IMG/VR virus record: IMGVR_UViG_3300045988_171772
Coordinates: 1 to 64,000 of that record
DNA length: 64,000 nt
Origin: a virus
Strand: one strand, 5' to 3'
Position numbers and translations under genes: made by a program. Position 1 is the first letter of the stretch. Every line of letters begins with the position of its first letter. The notes beneath the pieces are model-generated. The model did not search any database, was not told the DNA's origin, and saw only the letters and a program-made list of their open reading frames with translations. Shown here piece after piece: positions 28,166 through 38,108 of the stretch.

Positions 28166-28735
28166 TTATTTTGTCATCCGATCTTTCAATGCTTCTTTGA
28201 GAAGATCGAGTTGCTTTAAGAATGCCTGGTCTTTGTAATCAAAGAAGAAGGGATCTTCTTCCAATTCTTCTTTATACTGACTGAGGATATCATGGATTCG
28301 GGATTCTAGGAAATCTATATTCTGCTCTACGAAATAGAGATAAGTAATGGTTTCATCCATAGAGAGAAGCATGATATCAGTATACCGTATCTTTCGGTCA
28401 TGCTTTCGGATGAAACGAAGAAGATCATGCATGAATACTCCAAACCATCTCTTCTCACTCTCTTCTGTAAAGGGATTCACTCTCGATAATACAGCTTCTT
28501 CTAAGAATGTCTTGCCATCTTGCATATGTTTAAGGATCTCTTCGGTGACTGTGTCTACATAGTAGAGATAATACTTTCCTCTACCTAAGTATCCGCCCTC
28601 AATAAGAGATTTCTTGATCTTCTCTTTCTTAAGGAAATCAAAGACTTCATCAATATGCTCAGGGTGTATCAGACATTCTTTGTTATTCTCATCAAAGAGA
28701 TGAATGTTTCCTTTTCTGTCTGTAAGCATTTCCAT
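28166..28735 (-). CDS. hypothetical protein
   Basis: AGGAG RBS, 189 aa, terminator at 28103-28165. Confidence 0.65.
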   Translation of the reverse strand: MEMLTDRKGNIHLFDENNKECLIHPEHIDEVFDFLKKEKIKKSLIEGGYLGRGKYYLYYVDTVTEEILKHMQDGKTFLEEAVLSRVNPFTEESEKRWFGVFMHDLLRFIRKHDRKIRYTDIMLLSMDETITYLYFVEQNIDFLESRIHDILSQYKEELEEDPFFFDYKDQAFLKQLDLLKEALKDRMTK

Positions 28736-28749
28736 AGTAAGATATCTCC

Positions 28750-29646
28750 TTATTTGAAGATCAATTGCATCATTGAGTCTCCAGATATTACGGCAACTCC
28801 ATAGAATCTAGAAGGATCCGTTTCTACATTACACTGGATATATTTGGAGATTCCATAGACTTCATTAAAACTAGAAATCTCACTGAGATCATATCCAAGG
28901 TAATCCAGATTGAATTTAGATCGTCTTAAATGGAGATAAGAATGACTGGTAAAGAATCTAGATGCTTTTACATGGATCCAATCAAACTCTTTGAGATTGT
29001 TATCAGGAATACCAGCATATTGATCCAGATCGATATAGATGATTTCGGAAGGAAGTCCATAAGGATCTAAGAAGTATACCATGTTAGTATCACACTTGAT
29101 GAAGATCGGATATACTTGGATATTGGTATCAGGGGTATAATCCTTCATGATTATACTGACTTGATACTGGCAAGATTGGCTAGAGATTTCATATGCCTTA
29201 TCAATGAAAGATTCTTTATTATCAGATTCCTTGAAGGAATCAATTTGAATCTTAAAATCGATTCCAATTTCAGACATCTTGGAAGCATCATCATCCTCAA
29301 TATCAAACGTATGACACATATACATTTCCGGATTTTCCTCATTTTCCTCATTTTCCATAGAGGGAGCAAATCCTCCATGATAATACATCTCATCCGGAAA
29401 ATCGATATAGGGAATCAATTTAGTAGGCCAATATCTTTGGATAGATTTCGGATCAAGTTGATCGAATCGATCCAGATTCTCTTTTAATCTTTTTACAGTC
29501 AGATCCACTCTGGGTCTAAATCCAGGAAGTCTTTTTGATTCTGTCTGTAATAAAAAGAATTCATCCTTTCCACAGTTATCCGTAATTCTGATATACTGCT
29601 CATACTGATGCTGGAAGGCCGATACATTACTTACATATCTCGTCAT
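28750..29646 (-). CDS. hypothetical protein
   Basis: GAAAGGAG RBS. TATATTAT motif (minus strand) about 58 nt upstream. Confidence 0.7.
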   Translation of the reverse strand: MTRYVSNVSAFQHQYEQYIRITDNCGKDEFFLLQTESKRLPGFRPRVDLTVKRLKENLDRFDQLDPKSIQRYWPTKLIPYIDFPDEMYYHGGFAPSMENEENEENPEMYMCHTFDIEDDDASKMSEIGIDFKIQIDSFKESDNKESFIDKAYEISSQSCQYQVSIIMKDYTPDTNIQVYPIFIKCDTNMVYFLDPYGLPSEIIYIDLDQYAGIPDNNLKEFDWIHVKASRFFTSHSYLHLRRSKFNLDYLGYDLSEISSFNEVYGISKYIQCNVETDPSRFYGVAVISGDSMMQLIFK

Positions 29647-29703
29647 AGTTATGATACTCCTTTCTTATATAGGGAAACTTTTATCTTTCTGATTTCCATC
29701 AAA

Positions 29704-29711
29704 ATAATATA
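29704..29711 (-). promoter_or_regulatory. TATATTAT promoter-like motif (minus strand)
   Basis: Plus-strand ATAATATA, 58 nt upstream of the minus-strand ATG 29646. Confidence 0.4.
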
Positions 29712-29790
29712 CTGATTTATAGTCTACTATGCAGGTACCCGAAAACACCTGGTTAAATTTAACCAATAGGGAATCGAGGGTTAATCAAAT

Positions 29791-30660
29791 ATGAGAACCG
29801 TAAAATACTACAGGTGCCCTTGCTGTACGATGAAATACAAATCATTGACACCATGGGGCACTCATGTTCGGACCCATCATCCTGATTGGGTGATTCCAAA
29901 TTTCTCAGACTCTAGATTATTCTACTATGCTCAGACAGGTAGAGTGACTGGAGCCTGTGTTGTCTGTAAGAAACCGACCGATTGGAATGAAGAGACTGGG
30001 AAATACAATCGGTTTTGTAACAATCCCAAATGCAAAGAGATGTATCGAGAGCAGTTTAAGAAGAGAATGATTGACAAATATGGTCGAGTTCATCTTCTGA
30101 ACGATCCCGAGCAGCAGAGAAAGATGCTTCAGAATCGGAAGATCTCTGGCTATGTAGAATTCAAGGATGGAAAGAGATCCTATGTGGGATCTTATGAGAA
30201 AGACTTCCTGGAATTCTGTAGAGATAAGATTGGATTGCAGGCTAAGGATATCGAATCTCCTTCTCCTCATACTTACACCTACAAGTTTGATGGTAAGGAT
30301 CATTTCTATATTCCTGATTTCTTTATTCCCAATCTGAATCTGGAAGTAGAGATCAAGACCCATAAGACCACTCACCCGAAGTTTGTAGCAGTAGACTTCA
30401 AGAAGGAAGCTGCTAAGACGGAAATGATGAAGGGTCTTAAAGATATCAATTATGTCGTAATTCCAGACAAAGACTATCGTGAGTTTATCTCCCTCTATAC
30501 TTCTCTGAGATCTCAGATTCGAGAAGAGGATATTCCGAAGGATAGTGAGCAGAAGAATCAGATCATCAATGCTTCTGCTACAGAGTCTTATCGGAGAGAT
30601 CAGAAGAATCTCTATGATGTCATCGAATCCTATTTCAATATTGGAGTGAAGAAAGCATGA
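29791..30660 (+). CDS. zinc-finger + T7 endonuclease I-like (PD-(D/E)xK) nuclease candidate
   Basis: N-terminal C2H2-type CPCC...H....HH. ..HTYTYKFDGKDHFYIPDFFIPNLNLEVEIK resembles T7 gp3 HTYTPDFLLPNGIFVETKG (recalled). Confidence 0.45.
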   Translation: MRTVKYYRCPCCTMKYKSLTPWGTHVRTHHPDWVIPNFSDSRLFYYAQTGRVTGACVVCKKPTDWNEETGKYNRFCNNPKCKEMYREQFKKRMIDKYGRVHLLNDPEQQRKMLQNRKISGYVEFKDGKRSYVGSYEKDFLEFCRDKIGLQAKDIESPSPHTYTYKFDGKDHFYIPDFFIPNLNLEVEIKTHKTTHPKFVAVDFKKEAAKTEMMKGLKDINYVVIPDKDYREFISLYTSLRSQIREEDIPKDSEQKNQIINASATESYRRDQKNLYDVIESYFNIGVKKA

Positions 30661-30769
30661 ATGACTTTGATATCTTACAAGCATTGGATCCTCATGTTGT
30701 CATAGAGTGTCTGAATCCGGAGTCTCTTCTCTATGTCCCTTCTATATAGAGGACGAAGTAGAAGAAGCT

Positions 30770-31441
30770 ATGGAAGCATCGGATAAAGTGAAGACCCAGA
30801 AATGGTATCCAGTATACATCTTCGTATGTCATACAGGTACACTTCTTTCTTCATTGATCCAATTATGGACGAAGGATCAGTATTCGCATTCTCTGATCTC
30901 CTTTGATGCTTCTATGACACAGATGTATTCCTTTGGTAGAAAGAAGCTTAATGATGATATTCCCATCACAGGGGCTTCCAATGGCTTTGCTGTGGATGAT
31001 ATTAACAATGACTTCTATACCAAGTGGAAGAAGAATATCAAGTATGCAACGTTTGTCATCTTCGTAACGAAGAAGCAGAGAGCTGCTATGATCAAGAAAG
31101 TGAAATTCTTTATCGAGAATCAAGTGAAATTTACCTATGATATGGCTGGGTTATTTGCCTATGCTGCTCATCTTCCTCATGAGAAACAGTGGTCTTACTT
31201 CTGCTCTGGATTTGTAGCCGATGTGCTACAGACAGGAGAAGTATTGGGTAAGAAGAGATCCTACTCTTCTTATAGTCCTCAAGATCTTGCTGAACTTCCT
31301 ATGGCCTATAAGGTCAATGAGGGTGATGATTTCTCTGAGTATAGAGAAAGTAAGACAAAAGCAAAAGTCAAATCAGCCTGGAATAAGTTCTTAAAAGAAT
31401 CTCACATAGAATCTGATACCAATACATTGGTCTTGGTATAA
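30770..31441 (+). CDS. permuted papain-like (NlpC/P60, YiiX-type) hydrolase candidate
   Basis: His-containing N-terminal segment (VCHTG..SHSLISF) and a downstream Cys in YFCSGFVADVL. Order His...Cys as in the permuted family. Confidence 0.4.
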   Translation: MEASDKVKTQKWYPVYIFVCHTGTLLSSLIQLWTKDQYSHSLISFDASMTQMYSFGRKKLNDDIPITGASNGFAVDDINNDFYTKWKKNIKYATFVIFVTKKQRAAMIKKVKFFIENQVKFTYDMAGLFAYAAHLPHEKQWSYFCSGFVADVLQTGEVLGKKRSYSSYSPQDLAELPMAYKVNEGDDFSEYRESKTKAKVKSAWNKFLKESHIESDTNTLVLV

Positions 31442-31472
31442 ACCAGATTCTCCCAAAGGAGACATTCATACT

Positions 31473-32315
31473 ATGAAATTTTCATTATTCTTTGATCTTG
31501 CTATGGTAGTATCTGGAAATGGAATTCCAGATCGTAAAGCTACCGAAGCAATGATGGAAAGTGTAAAAACCAATCCAAGAGCAGGGAGATATTTCCATAA
31601 AGCTTTTAAGGATCCCTTAGATGGAATTCCCGAAGAAGACATTGTGGAAGATCTTCCTAAGGATACCGAAGATCCTGCTGAGGAGAAACCCATCGGAGAT
31701 GAGATTCTGAATCCTACTGTGGATATGGAAAAATCTCCTAAGAATGAGGAAGTAGATCCTATTGAGACTCCGACTCCTTCTACAGAAGATGAAGATGAGG
31801 AATATGCTCAGGAATCTACCGAAGAGAATGAAGAAGAATCAGAGTCTCATATGAGCGATGAATTCAAAGAGGATGTAGCTGCTCTGGAAGATCTTCTGAA
31901 CGCTTTCTCCAATATGGAAGAAGAGGGAGAAGTAGAACCGATTCCAGACACTCCTGTAGAGGAAGCTGTGGGTAGAGAGACTCCTGCAATTCCATCTGTA
32001 TTGAGAGAAGTAGAAGCAGAAGATAATGAGACTCCTATTCCTCTGAATGTATCTGTAGAAGTCAATAAAGAGACTGCAGATATGAAGGTAAATAAGACCA
32101 CCTATGTAGATAAGGTGGAGAATAAGGAGCTTGCTAAAGTAAGAAAGATGATTACTGACTTTGCTATGGCTCCTACTACCAAGAAGAAAGAGCTTGCGAA
32201 TAAGATCTACTACTATGTGATTGATCACAATGTAGATATTGATCTCAGTAAATATCGTATGATCTGGAAATTGGTAGATAAACCCTTTATCACTTCCAAG
32301 AAGGAAGAGAAATAA
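31473..32315 (+). CDS. acidic hypothetical protein
   Basis: AAAGGAG RBS, Glu/Asp/Pro-rich centre, terminator at 32321-32370. Confidence 0.65.
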   Translation: MKFSLFFDLAMVVSGNGIPDRKATEAMMESVKTNPRAGRYFHKAFKDPLDGIPEEDIVEDLPKDTEDPAEEKPIGDEILNPTVDMEKSPKNEEVDPIETPTPSTEDEDEEYAQESTEENEEESESHMSDEFKEDVAALEDLLNAFSNMEEEGEVEPIPDTPVEEAVGRETPAIPSVLREVEAEDNETPIPLNVSVEVNKETADMKVNKTTYVDKVENKELAKVRKMITDFAMAPTTKKKELANKIYYYVIDHNVDIDLSKYRMIWKLVDKPFITSKKEEK

Positions 32316-32320
32316 AAATT

Positions 32321-32370
32321 AAACCGTAATGATGATAGTGACAAATACTACATCATTACGGTTTTTCTTC
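32321..32370 (+). terminator. intrinsic terminator
   Basis: AAACCGTAATGATG...CATCATTACGGTTT + TTCTTC. Confidence 0.8.
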
Positions 32371-32451
32371 CTATACATGGTTGATGATTCTAATATGACC
32401 GAAATTAATGGAGGATGCGGAGGGGCTATTCTTTTTGAATCAGTCTAACCA

Positions 32452-32503
32452 TAAGAAGAAATAAAACCCCGTAATGACGAAATAAAAACGTCATTACGGG
32501 GTT
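32452..32503 (-). terminator. intrinsic terminator
   Basis: AACCCCGTAATGACG...CGTCATTACGGGGTT, T-run on the minus strand. Confidence 0.8.
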
Positions 32504-32536
32504 ATTTAGGATTTAAATTGTGTCAGTCCCAAGTAA

Positions 32537-33244
32537 TCAGGACAGAACATCGTCGGCCTTCTTGTTCAGCTTCTGAGCCTGCTCACGCTTCTTCATGGCG
32601 ATGACACCCTTCTGGGCGGCCTTGTTCAGCATGGAGGTGCACTTGTTGATCAGCTTTCCAGTGGCCTTGGCTTCGTCGTTCAGGGTCTTCACGTCGGCGC
32701 TCTCAGGCTTGCGCAGAGCATTCTGCAGCTTGGTGTTGGTCTTGATGCCGATAGACAGAACGGCCTTGGTGATGCAAGCCAGCTGCTCAGCGTCGACCTT
32801 ACCATCGGCAGAAATGCCATTGAGTTCGAGGCCAGCCTGACGGGCCAGAGTGTTCAGTTCATCAGCATTGTCGATGGTGATAGTGTTGTCACGGATGGCT
32901 TTCGCCCTGTCGCTCAGCTCACCCTTCTTGTTCTTCTGGAAGTAGGTCTTGTCGATGGATTTCTGGGTGTTCTTGAAGATGATGCCACGGACCATGGCCT
33001 GGAAACGCATCAGCAGTCTCTTGAACTAATCGGCAACCTTCTTCATTTCATCGCACATCTTAGATGCCTTGGAGAAATATTTGTAAGCCTCACTGAATAC
33101 TCCAAGTTTGTATGCTTTGACTGCATACTTTGTCATTTTGCGCATCTCATAAACCCGAGGGTCTTTGATCAGCTTGGCTGTATCCATGTTGTATCCTTCT
33201 TCAACAGGATCCAGAAACTCAAGCACAGTATCAAAATTGTCCAT
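32537..33244 (-). CDS. helical paralog family member A1, contains an in-frame TAG (33026-33028)
   Basis: ORFs 33026..33244 and 32537..33010 share one frame, separated by TAG + 5 codons. ..KKVAD*FKRLLMRFQAMVRGIIFK aligns with ..KKIATWFKNLLIKFKAMIRKIVFK of A6. No RBS before the internal ATG. Confidence 0.7.
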
Positions 33245-33267
33245 ATTCTATATATCTCATTTGAAAT

Positions 33268-33300
33268 AGATCTATTCCTAATTATTAGGCAAATAGATCT
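33268..33300. promoter_or_regulatory. nested palindrome in a divergent promoter region (operator candidate)
   Basis: AGATCTATT-CCTAAT-T-ATTAGG-CA-AATAGATCT, between divergent paralogs A1 and A2. Confidence 0.4.
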
Positions 33301-33471
33301 CTGAACCATAAATGATCTGGGTCCCTTCTCACCCAGTAACAAAAAAGTAGGAATTTGAAACTGATTCATTTATGAATCAGAGAGAAAGCATTTTCTCCTC
33401 TATATATCTATTTGATTTATATATGTATCAAAAGAATTCATGTATTTTTCTTATAAAGGAGAATTCTCGTT

Positions 33472-34617
33472 ATGAATGAATTAGATATTGTATTGGAGTC
33501 TTATGAGACTACATCTGAGATTTATAGATCCGATATGGAGAATTCCATTGTATGCGAATCTCTGTGCCTTCCTGCTGAGGAAGGAGTTGTAGATGCAGTC
33601 AAGAAGACCGTTACGGCTATCTACGATAAATTCAAGAGATTGGTAGCAGCGTTTAAGAAGTGGGTTAAGAGCATTATTGCTCGTATCAAGGCTTTCTTTA
33701 GGAAAGGTAAGAAAAAAGATGAGCCTGCTTCTGATACTGATTCTTCAGATTCTAAATCTTCAGAACCTCCTTCTTCTGTGAAAGTAACACAGGAAGATGC
33801 AAAAGAAGATGTATCTAAGCTTCAGAATATTATCAAACAAGCGGATGCTGTGGAAACTAGTCTGAAGAAAGCTTCTACAGGTGAAGTTACTCCTGAAGAA
33901 GCAAAAGATCTGAATAAACAGGCGGATGATGCAGCTTCTGAAATGAAGGAAGCTAAAAAGACTATGGAAGTCAAATATCTAATTCTTCCTGCTAATTCTG
34001 AATCTGGGAATACAAAAGATACAGAAACCGATCAGTCTCTTGAAGAAAGGCATAATAATTACTTGAAAGCTCTTAACGATTCTAAAGATTCAAAGGATCC
34101 TACCAAGCCGACAGCGAGCGATTTTGCTGGTATGAATAAAGTCGTTAGCGAAATTGCCTCTAAAGATCCGTTTAAATTAGGAGATGCTGATTACAAAGAT
34201 CGTGGAGCGACTTGGCAGTTTATTTCCAGATGCGGGGAAATTGAAGCTGGAGGAAAGAAGTCTTTTGGATGGATTAATGCATCCGTGAGAGAACTCGTTA
34301 GACGTATATTGAGAGTTATGGATAGCGAGAATCCAAATTATAAGAGTGCGCAACTTATGCTGTCCTATATGCAATCCAGAATTCCATCCCAGCTTCAAAA
34401 GTATATCAATTCTAATAAGAATCAAGTTGCTAAACTTAAGAAAGGCCTGGCTAATTACCAGAAAAAGCCTCTTGATGTCGATAAATATAAAGAGTATGCT
34501 GGTTTTGCAAAAGCACAGGGCATCCAAGTGTATACCAAAGAAATTTTCGAGGGTGAACCTAATATGCAAAACCTGAAGAAATTCATTAAGGCTAAGGAGC
34601 AAACTAATCAATCTTAA
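33472..34617 (+). CDS. helical paralog family member A2
   Basis: AAAGGAG RBS. MNELDIVLE.. N-terminus and ..KKTVTAIYDKFKRLVAAFKKWVKSIIARIKAFFRK family helix. Confidence 0.7.
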   Translation: MNELDIVLESYETTSEIYRSDMENSIVCESLCLPAEEGVVDAVKKTVTAIYDKFKRLVAAFKKWVKSIIARIKAFFRKGKKKDEPASDTDSSDSKSSEPPSSVKVTQEDAKEDVSKLQNIIKQADAVETSLKKASTGEVTPEEAKDLNKQADDAASEMKEAKKTMEVKYLILPANSESGNTKDTETDQSLEERHNNYLKALNDSKDSKDPTKPTASDFAGMNKVVSEIASKDPFKLGDADYKDRGATWQFISRCGEIEAGGKKSFGWINASVRELVRRILRVMDSENPNYKSAQLMLSYMQSRIPSQLQKYINSNKNQVAKLKKGLANYQKKPLDVDKYKEYAGFAKAQGIQVYTKEIFEGEPNMQNLKKFIKAKEQTNQS

Positions 34618-34866
34618 TATAATAAATTTACCATAGAGGTCAATTCGCTTAATAAAGAGATTTCCAGAATTGGAACCAAAAAAGACCCGGAATATGAGTT
34701 TATATCCGATGATGTTAAGTCAAACCCTGATCGTGCTGAGAGATTTAACAATCGTCGCAAATTCCAGTTAATGATTCGGATTTTCAAGTATCAGCCGAAT
34801 ATGAAAAACCTGAATACCATTATCTCTATGGTAAATAACGATAATTCCATCATTCATTTGATCTAA
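34618..34866 (+). pseudogene. remnant of a family paralog C-terminus (no start codon)
   Basis: 82 stop-free codons in frame directly after the TAA of A2. ..IRIFKYQPNMKNLNTIISM resembles A2 ..KEIFEGEPNMQNLKKFIKA. Confidence 0.4.
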
Positions 34867-34870
34867 CGCA

Positions 34871-34923
34871 AAATATACGCATATGAAACCTTCTATTTTG
34901 AAGATATTCATATGCGTATATTT
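34871..34923. terminator. bidirectional hairpin
   Basis: 17-bp stem AAATATACGCATATGAA/TTCATATGCGTATATTT between convergent genes. Confidence 0.7.
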
Positions 34924-35666
34924 CATTTCCCAGAAGATACTTTGGTTACCTTGGTAGCGTCACCATTCTTTTTATTCTCTTTATCGAGGGCCATCTTATT
35001 GGATTGCGCAGTATTGAGAATGGAGATGACTTCTTTAATAGCCTCGGTAGTCTTCTTCGCTCTGAATCGTAACCATCTGGGATAATCCTTTTCATCGAGT
35101 TTGTATTTCTCCATGAATTCTCTAGCCGGGTTGGACTTTCCAGAGATGATATTCACCAAAGCTTCATCAAGATACTGAGCATTCTTAAAGAGATTCTGAA
35201 GATAATGTGCGATCGACTGTACAGGAACTTTGCACATATCATCTTCCGCAAATCTCTCATCGGATTTCTCCGTGTAATAGTTATCATCGAATCCCTTAAG
35301 ATCCAGATTGTCAAAGACTTTCTCAAGTCTATCGACTTCTTCTGTGGAGATGAGAATGGTAACTCCATAGAGATCATTGATGAGCCTTCTTGATTTCTTC
35401 TGACGGTGCTTCCGAATAAAACTGCGGATGAATACTTCGAATTTGACCAATGCTGTATGGAAGGCCTGCTGAATCTTCTTAAAGGTCTTCTTGATCGTAT
35501 CCATAGCAGATTCAATCGCAATGGAGGTATCATATCCTTCGATAAGATACCCTACTTCTGTAAGCCTGTAATATGTCTCTTCTGCATTCTGGCATTCCAA
35601 CTCTTCATTTCTGGAAAGAGTGAATTCCAGAGCAGTATAGAGATCTTGAGCTTCTGAATAGAGCAT
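34923..35666 (-). CDS. helical paralog family member A3
   Basis: GAGGAGGG RBS. MLYSEAQDLY.., ..AIESAMDTIKKTFKKIQQAFHTALVKFEVFIRSFIRK. Confidence 0.7.
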   Translation of the reverse strand: MLYSEAQDLYTALEFTLSRNEELECQNAEETYYRLTEVGYLIEGYDTSIAIESAMDTIKKTFKKIQQAFHTALVKFEVFIRSFIRKHRQKKSRRLINDLYGVTILISTEEVDRLEKVFDNLDLKGFDDNYYTEKSDERFAEDDMCKVPVQSIAHYLQNLFKNAQYLDEALVNIISGKSNPAREFMEKYKLDEKDYPRWLRFRAKKTTEAIKEVISILNTAQSNKMALDKENKKNGDATKVTKVSSGK

Positions 35667-35792
35667 GATCTAATTCATACCCTCCTCTCTAGTATACTTG
35701 CTTACTTCAATGTCCGGATATATTCCTATGCATATGATAATAAACTCTACGATGGAACTATAACGATTCCATCGTAGAGTATGAAGCGAATC

Positions 35793-36512
35793 TTATTGAT
35801 CTTTCTTTTCTTCTGATTTACCTTTTGATTTCGCGTTCTTCTTCGCAGCTTTCTGGGCATCAACAGTCTGTTTCTGAATCGTAAGCACATAAATATTCAG
35901 GAAGTTGATGGTGAGGTTGATCGCTTTTGTACACTTATTGGCATCATCACGAAGCTTCTTTGTATCAACCTCGGGATCCGGATTATCCAGCCAATCTTCG
36001 AGATTTCCATCAATCTCGGATGCTTTTGTTGTGATATCACGAATGTTGCGCTTAATTTCAGGAAGCGTAAGGACATGACTGGCATTATAGTCAAATGCAT
36101 TCCCTTGCTTCTCAGTTTTCCAACTGTCTTTCAATTCGACAGTGTTAAAAGCATCTCTCAATTCATAGATTTTGCCGAGAAGAGCAGCAGGAACTTCCAG
36201 TCCGCGATTTCCAAGCAGAAGAATATCGGATGCGAGTTTCTTAGCCTGAGCACGATGCTGGAAGGTACGGACAATAAGCCCAAATTTGATGACCAACTTA
36301 TGGAATGCTTCCTTAACTTTCTTCATGACACTCTTGATAGTATCCAGGGCGCCTTCCATAGCAGAAGAATACTCAGAGTCATGATCGATCAGAGATTCCA
36401 TAGAAACAAGAAATGATACCTTCTGCTGAGCAGATTCGAGAGCTCTTTCTTCAGATTCCTCCAGAGAGAAATTCATACACGAAAAGAGTTCATTTGCTTC
36501 TACGAGGGTCAT
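35793..36512 (-). CDS. helical paralog family member A4
   Basis: MTLVEANELF.., ..AMEGALDTIKSVMKKVKEAFHKLVIKFGLIVRTF. Own terminator. Confidence 0.7.
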   Translation of the reverse strand: MTLVEANELFSCMNFSLEESEERALESAQQKVSFLVSMESLIDHDSEYSSAMEGALDTIKSVMKKVKEAFHKLVIKFGLIVRTFQHRAQAKKLASDILLLGNRGLEVPAALLGKIYELRDAFNTVELKDSWKTEKQGNAFDYNASHVLTLPEIKRNIRDITTKASEIDGNLEDWLDNPDPEVDTKKLRDDANKCTKAINLTINFLNIYVLTIQKQTVDAQKAAKKNAKSKGKSEEKKDQ

Positions 36513-36539
36513 GAGAAATATCCACCTTTCTTTTATGAA

Positions 36540-37202
36540 TTAGGCATGAGCCGGAAGAGCTTTGATGGTAGTGTCAACCTCTTTGTCTTTACTCTTCGAT
36601 TCAACAACCTCATCTTTGATCGCAGAGTTGATGAATTTGAGGCAAATACGAACAAGCTTCGCATAGCTATTTGCTTTCTTCTTCTCTTCCTTGAGCCAGA
36701 TGTTGATCTGCTGAGGATCTCTAATGATCTGGTCACCAGTAAATTCGGCTTTCAGTTCATTATTGATCTCATTCCCTTTCTGCAGAGCAGTCTTGCAGAT
36801 CTTAGCCAGATCCGTAGCAGTCAGCTTTTCTGGAAGCGATTCCATAGGAGTTTTGAGTTCAGAGAGAGCATCCTTCATGTTATCAAGTTCTTCTTTACTG
36901 ATTGTGATAGCAGTTTTACCAACGTCGCTCTCCAGTTTCTTCAGCTTCTTAGATGAGGCTTTGAAAGTAATGGAACGAATGACAGCCTGAAATCTTGAGA
37001 AGAGGTTCTTGAACCAGGTCGCCAGAGATTTTAAAGCTTCCATAGCAGTTCCATACGCTTCCGTAACAGCTTCATCATTATGATCAAGAAGTCCATCGAA
37101 AGGCATAACCATCATTGCTTCCTGTACAGATTTGTCTGAAAAGAAAGACTCTGCATTCATAGAAGCAAGAGCATAGAGTTCTTTTGCTTCAGTGTATTTC
37201 AT
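36540..37202 (-). CDS. helical paralog family member A5
   Basis: AAGGAG RBS. MKYTEAKELY.., ..AMEALKSLATWFKNLFSRFQAVIRSITFK. Confidence 0.7.
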   Translation of the reverse strand: MKYTEAKELYALASMNAESFFSDKSVQEAMMVMPFDGLLDHNDEAVTEAYGTAMEALKSLATWFKNLFSRFQAVIRSITFKASSKKLKKLESDVGKTAITISKEELDNMKDALSELKTPMESLPEKLTATDLAKICKTALQKGNEINNELKAEFTGDQIIRDPQQINIWLKEEKKKANSYAKLVRICLKFINSAIKDEVVESKSKDKEVDTTIKALPAHA

Positions 37203-37306
37203 GATACATATCTCCTTATTAAATAAGCATAAAATGTACTACTAGGTACAGAATCGCATCGTACCTAGTAGTACCTATTTTAAGCAAATTGTTGATTTGC
37301 TAAATC

Positions 37307-38065
37307 TTACTTGACAGGGTTGCCGTTCTTGTCAATGACTTCGACTTCAACAGACTCAGCCTTATCGGCAGCCTTGGCATCGCTGTTCTGAACAACGCCG
37401 GCCTTGACAGCCTTGTTCAGCAGAGAGGTGGCGATCTTCATGGCGCGAGCAACCAGCTTGCAGTTCTCATTCAGATCCTTCACCGAGACATCGGCAGAAG
37501 GGTTCTTCATGGCGTCAGCCAGCTTCTTCTCGCACTCGTCGCCACGGCTGGCAATCATCTTGCACAGGTTGGCCAGAGTCATAGCGTTCATGTTGGCACC
37601 AATGAAACCAGCCTTGATGCCCTTCTCATCCAGAGCCTTGAAGACTTCGTTGTAGCTCTCGACCTCTTCATCGGTCAGATCAACAACGCCCTTGGCAGGA
37701 GCAGCAGATCCAGCAGCCTTGGCATTCTTGGACATCTTGGCAACAGCCTTGTCAGCAGCCTTCACACGAGCCTTGAAGACGATCTTACGGATCATGGCCT
37801 TGAACTTGATCAGCAGGTTCTTGAACCAAGTAGCGATCTTCTTCAGAGTCTCGGTGACAGCATTGGCAGCCTCAGTGGCGATTTCGATATTCTCACTGCG
37901 CAGCTCATCGACATCATCGACGAAAGCGCCCAGAGTGGACTCGAAAGCCATCTGATTGCGGAAGGACTCCTCAGCAGCAATCGCACGCTTGAAAGAATCC
38001 GCATAGGCAACGTCAGGCTCGAAATCCAGGAGACGAGCGTACTCCATCGCTTCAGCGTATTTCAT
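37307..38065 (-). CDS. helical paralog family member A6 (GC3-rich)
   Basis: AAGGAG RBS. MKYAEAMEYA.., ..TLKKIATWFKNLLIKFKAMIRKIVFK. Visibly G/C-ending codons. Confidence 0.75.
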   Translation of the reverse strand: MKYAEAMEYARLLDFEPDVAYADSFKRAIAAEESFRNQMAFESTLGAFVDDVDELRSENIEIATEAANAVTETLKKIATWFKNLLIKFKAMIRKIVFKARVKAADKAVAKMSKNAKAAGSAAPAKGVVDLTDEEVESYNEVFKALDEKGIKAGFIGANMNAMTLANLCKMIASRGDECEKKLADAMKNPSADVSVKDLNENCKLVARAMKIATSLLNKAVKAGVVQNSDAKAADKAESVEVEVIDKNGNPVK

Positions 38066-38108
38066 GTTTGTCAGACTCCTTACTGTATATTTTAGGTAAT
38101 GAAAATTC

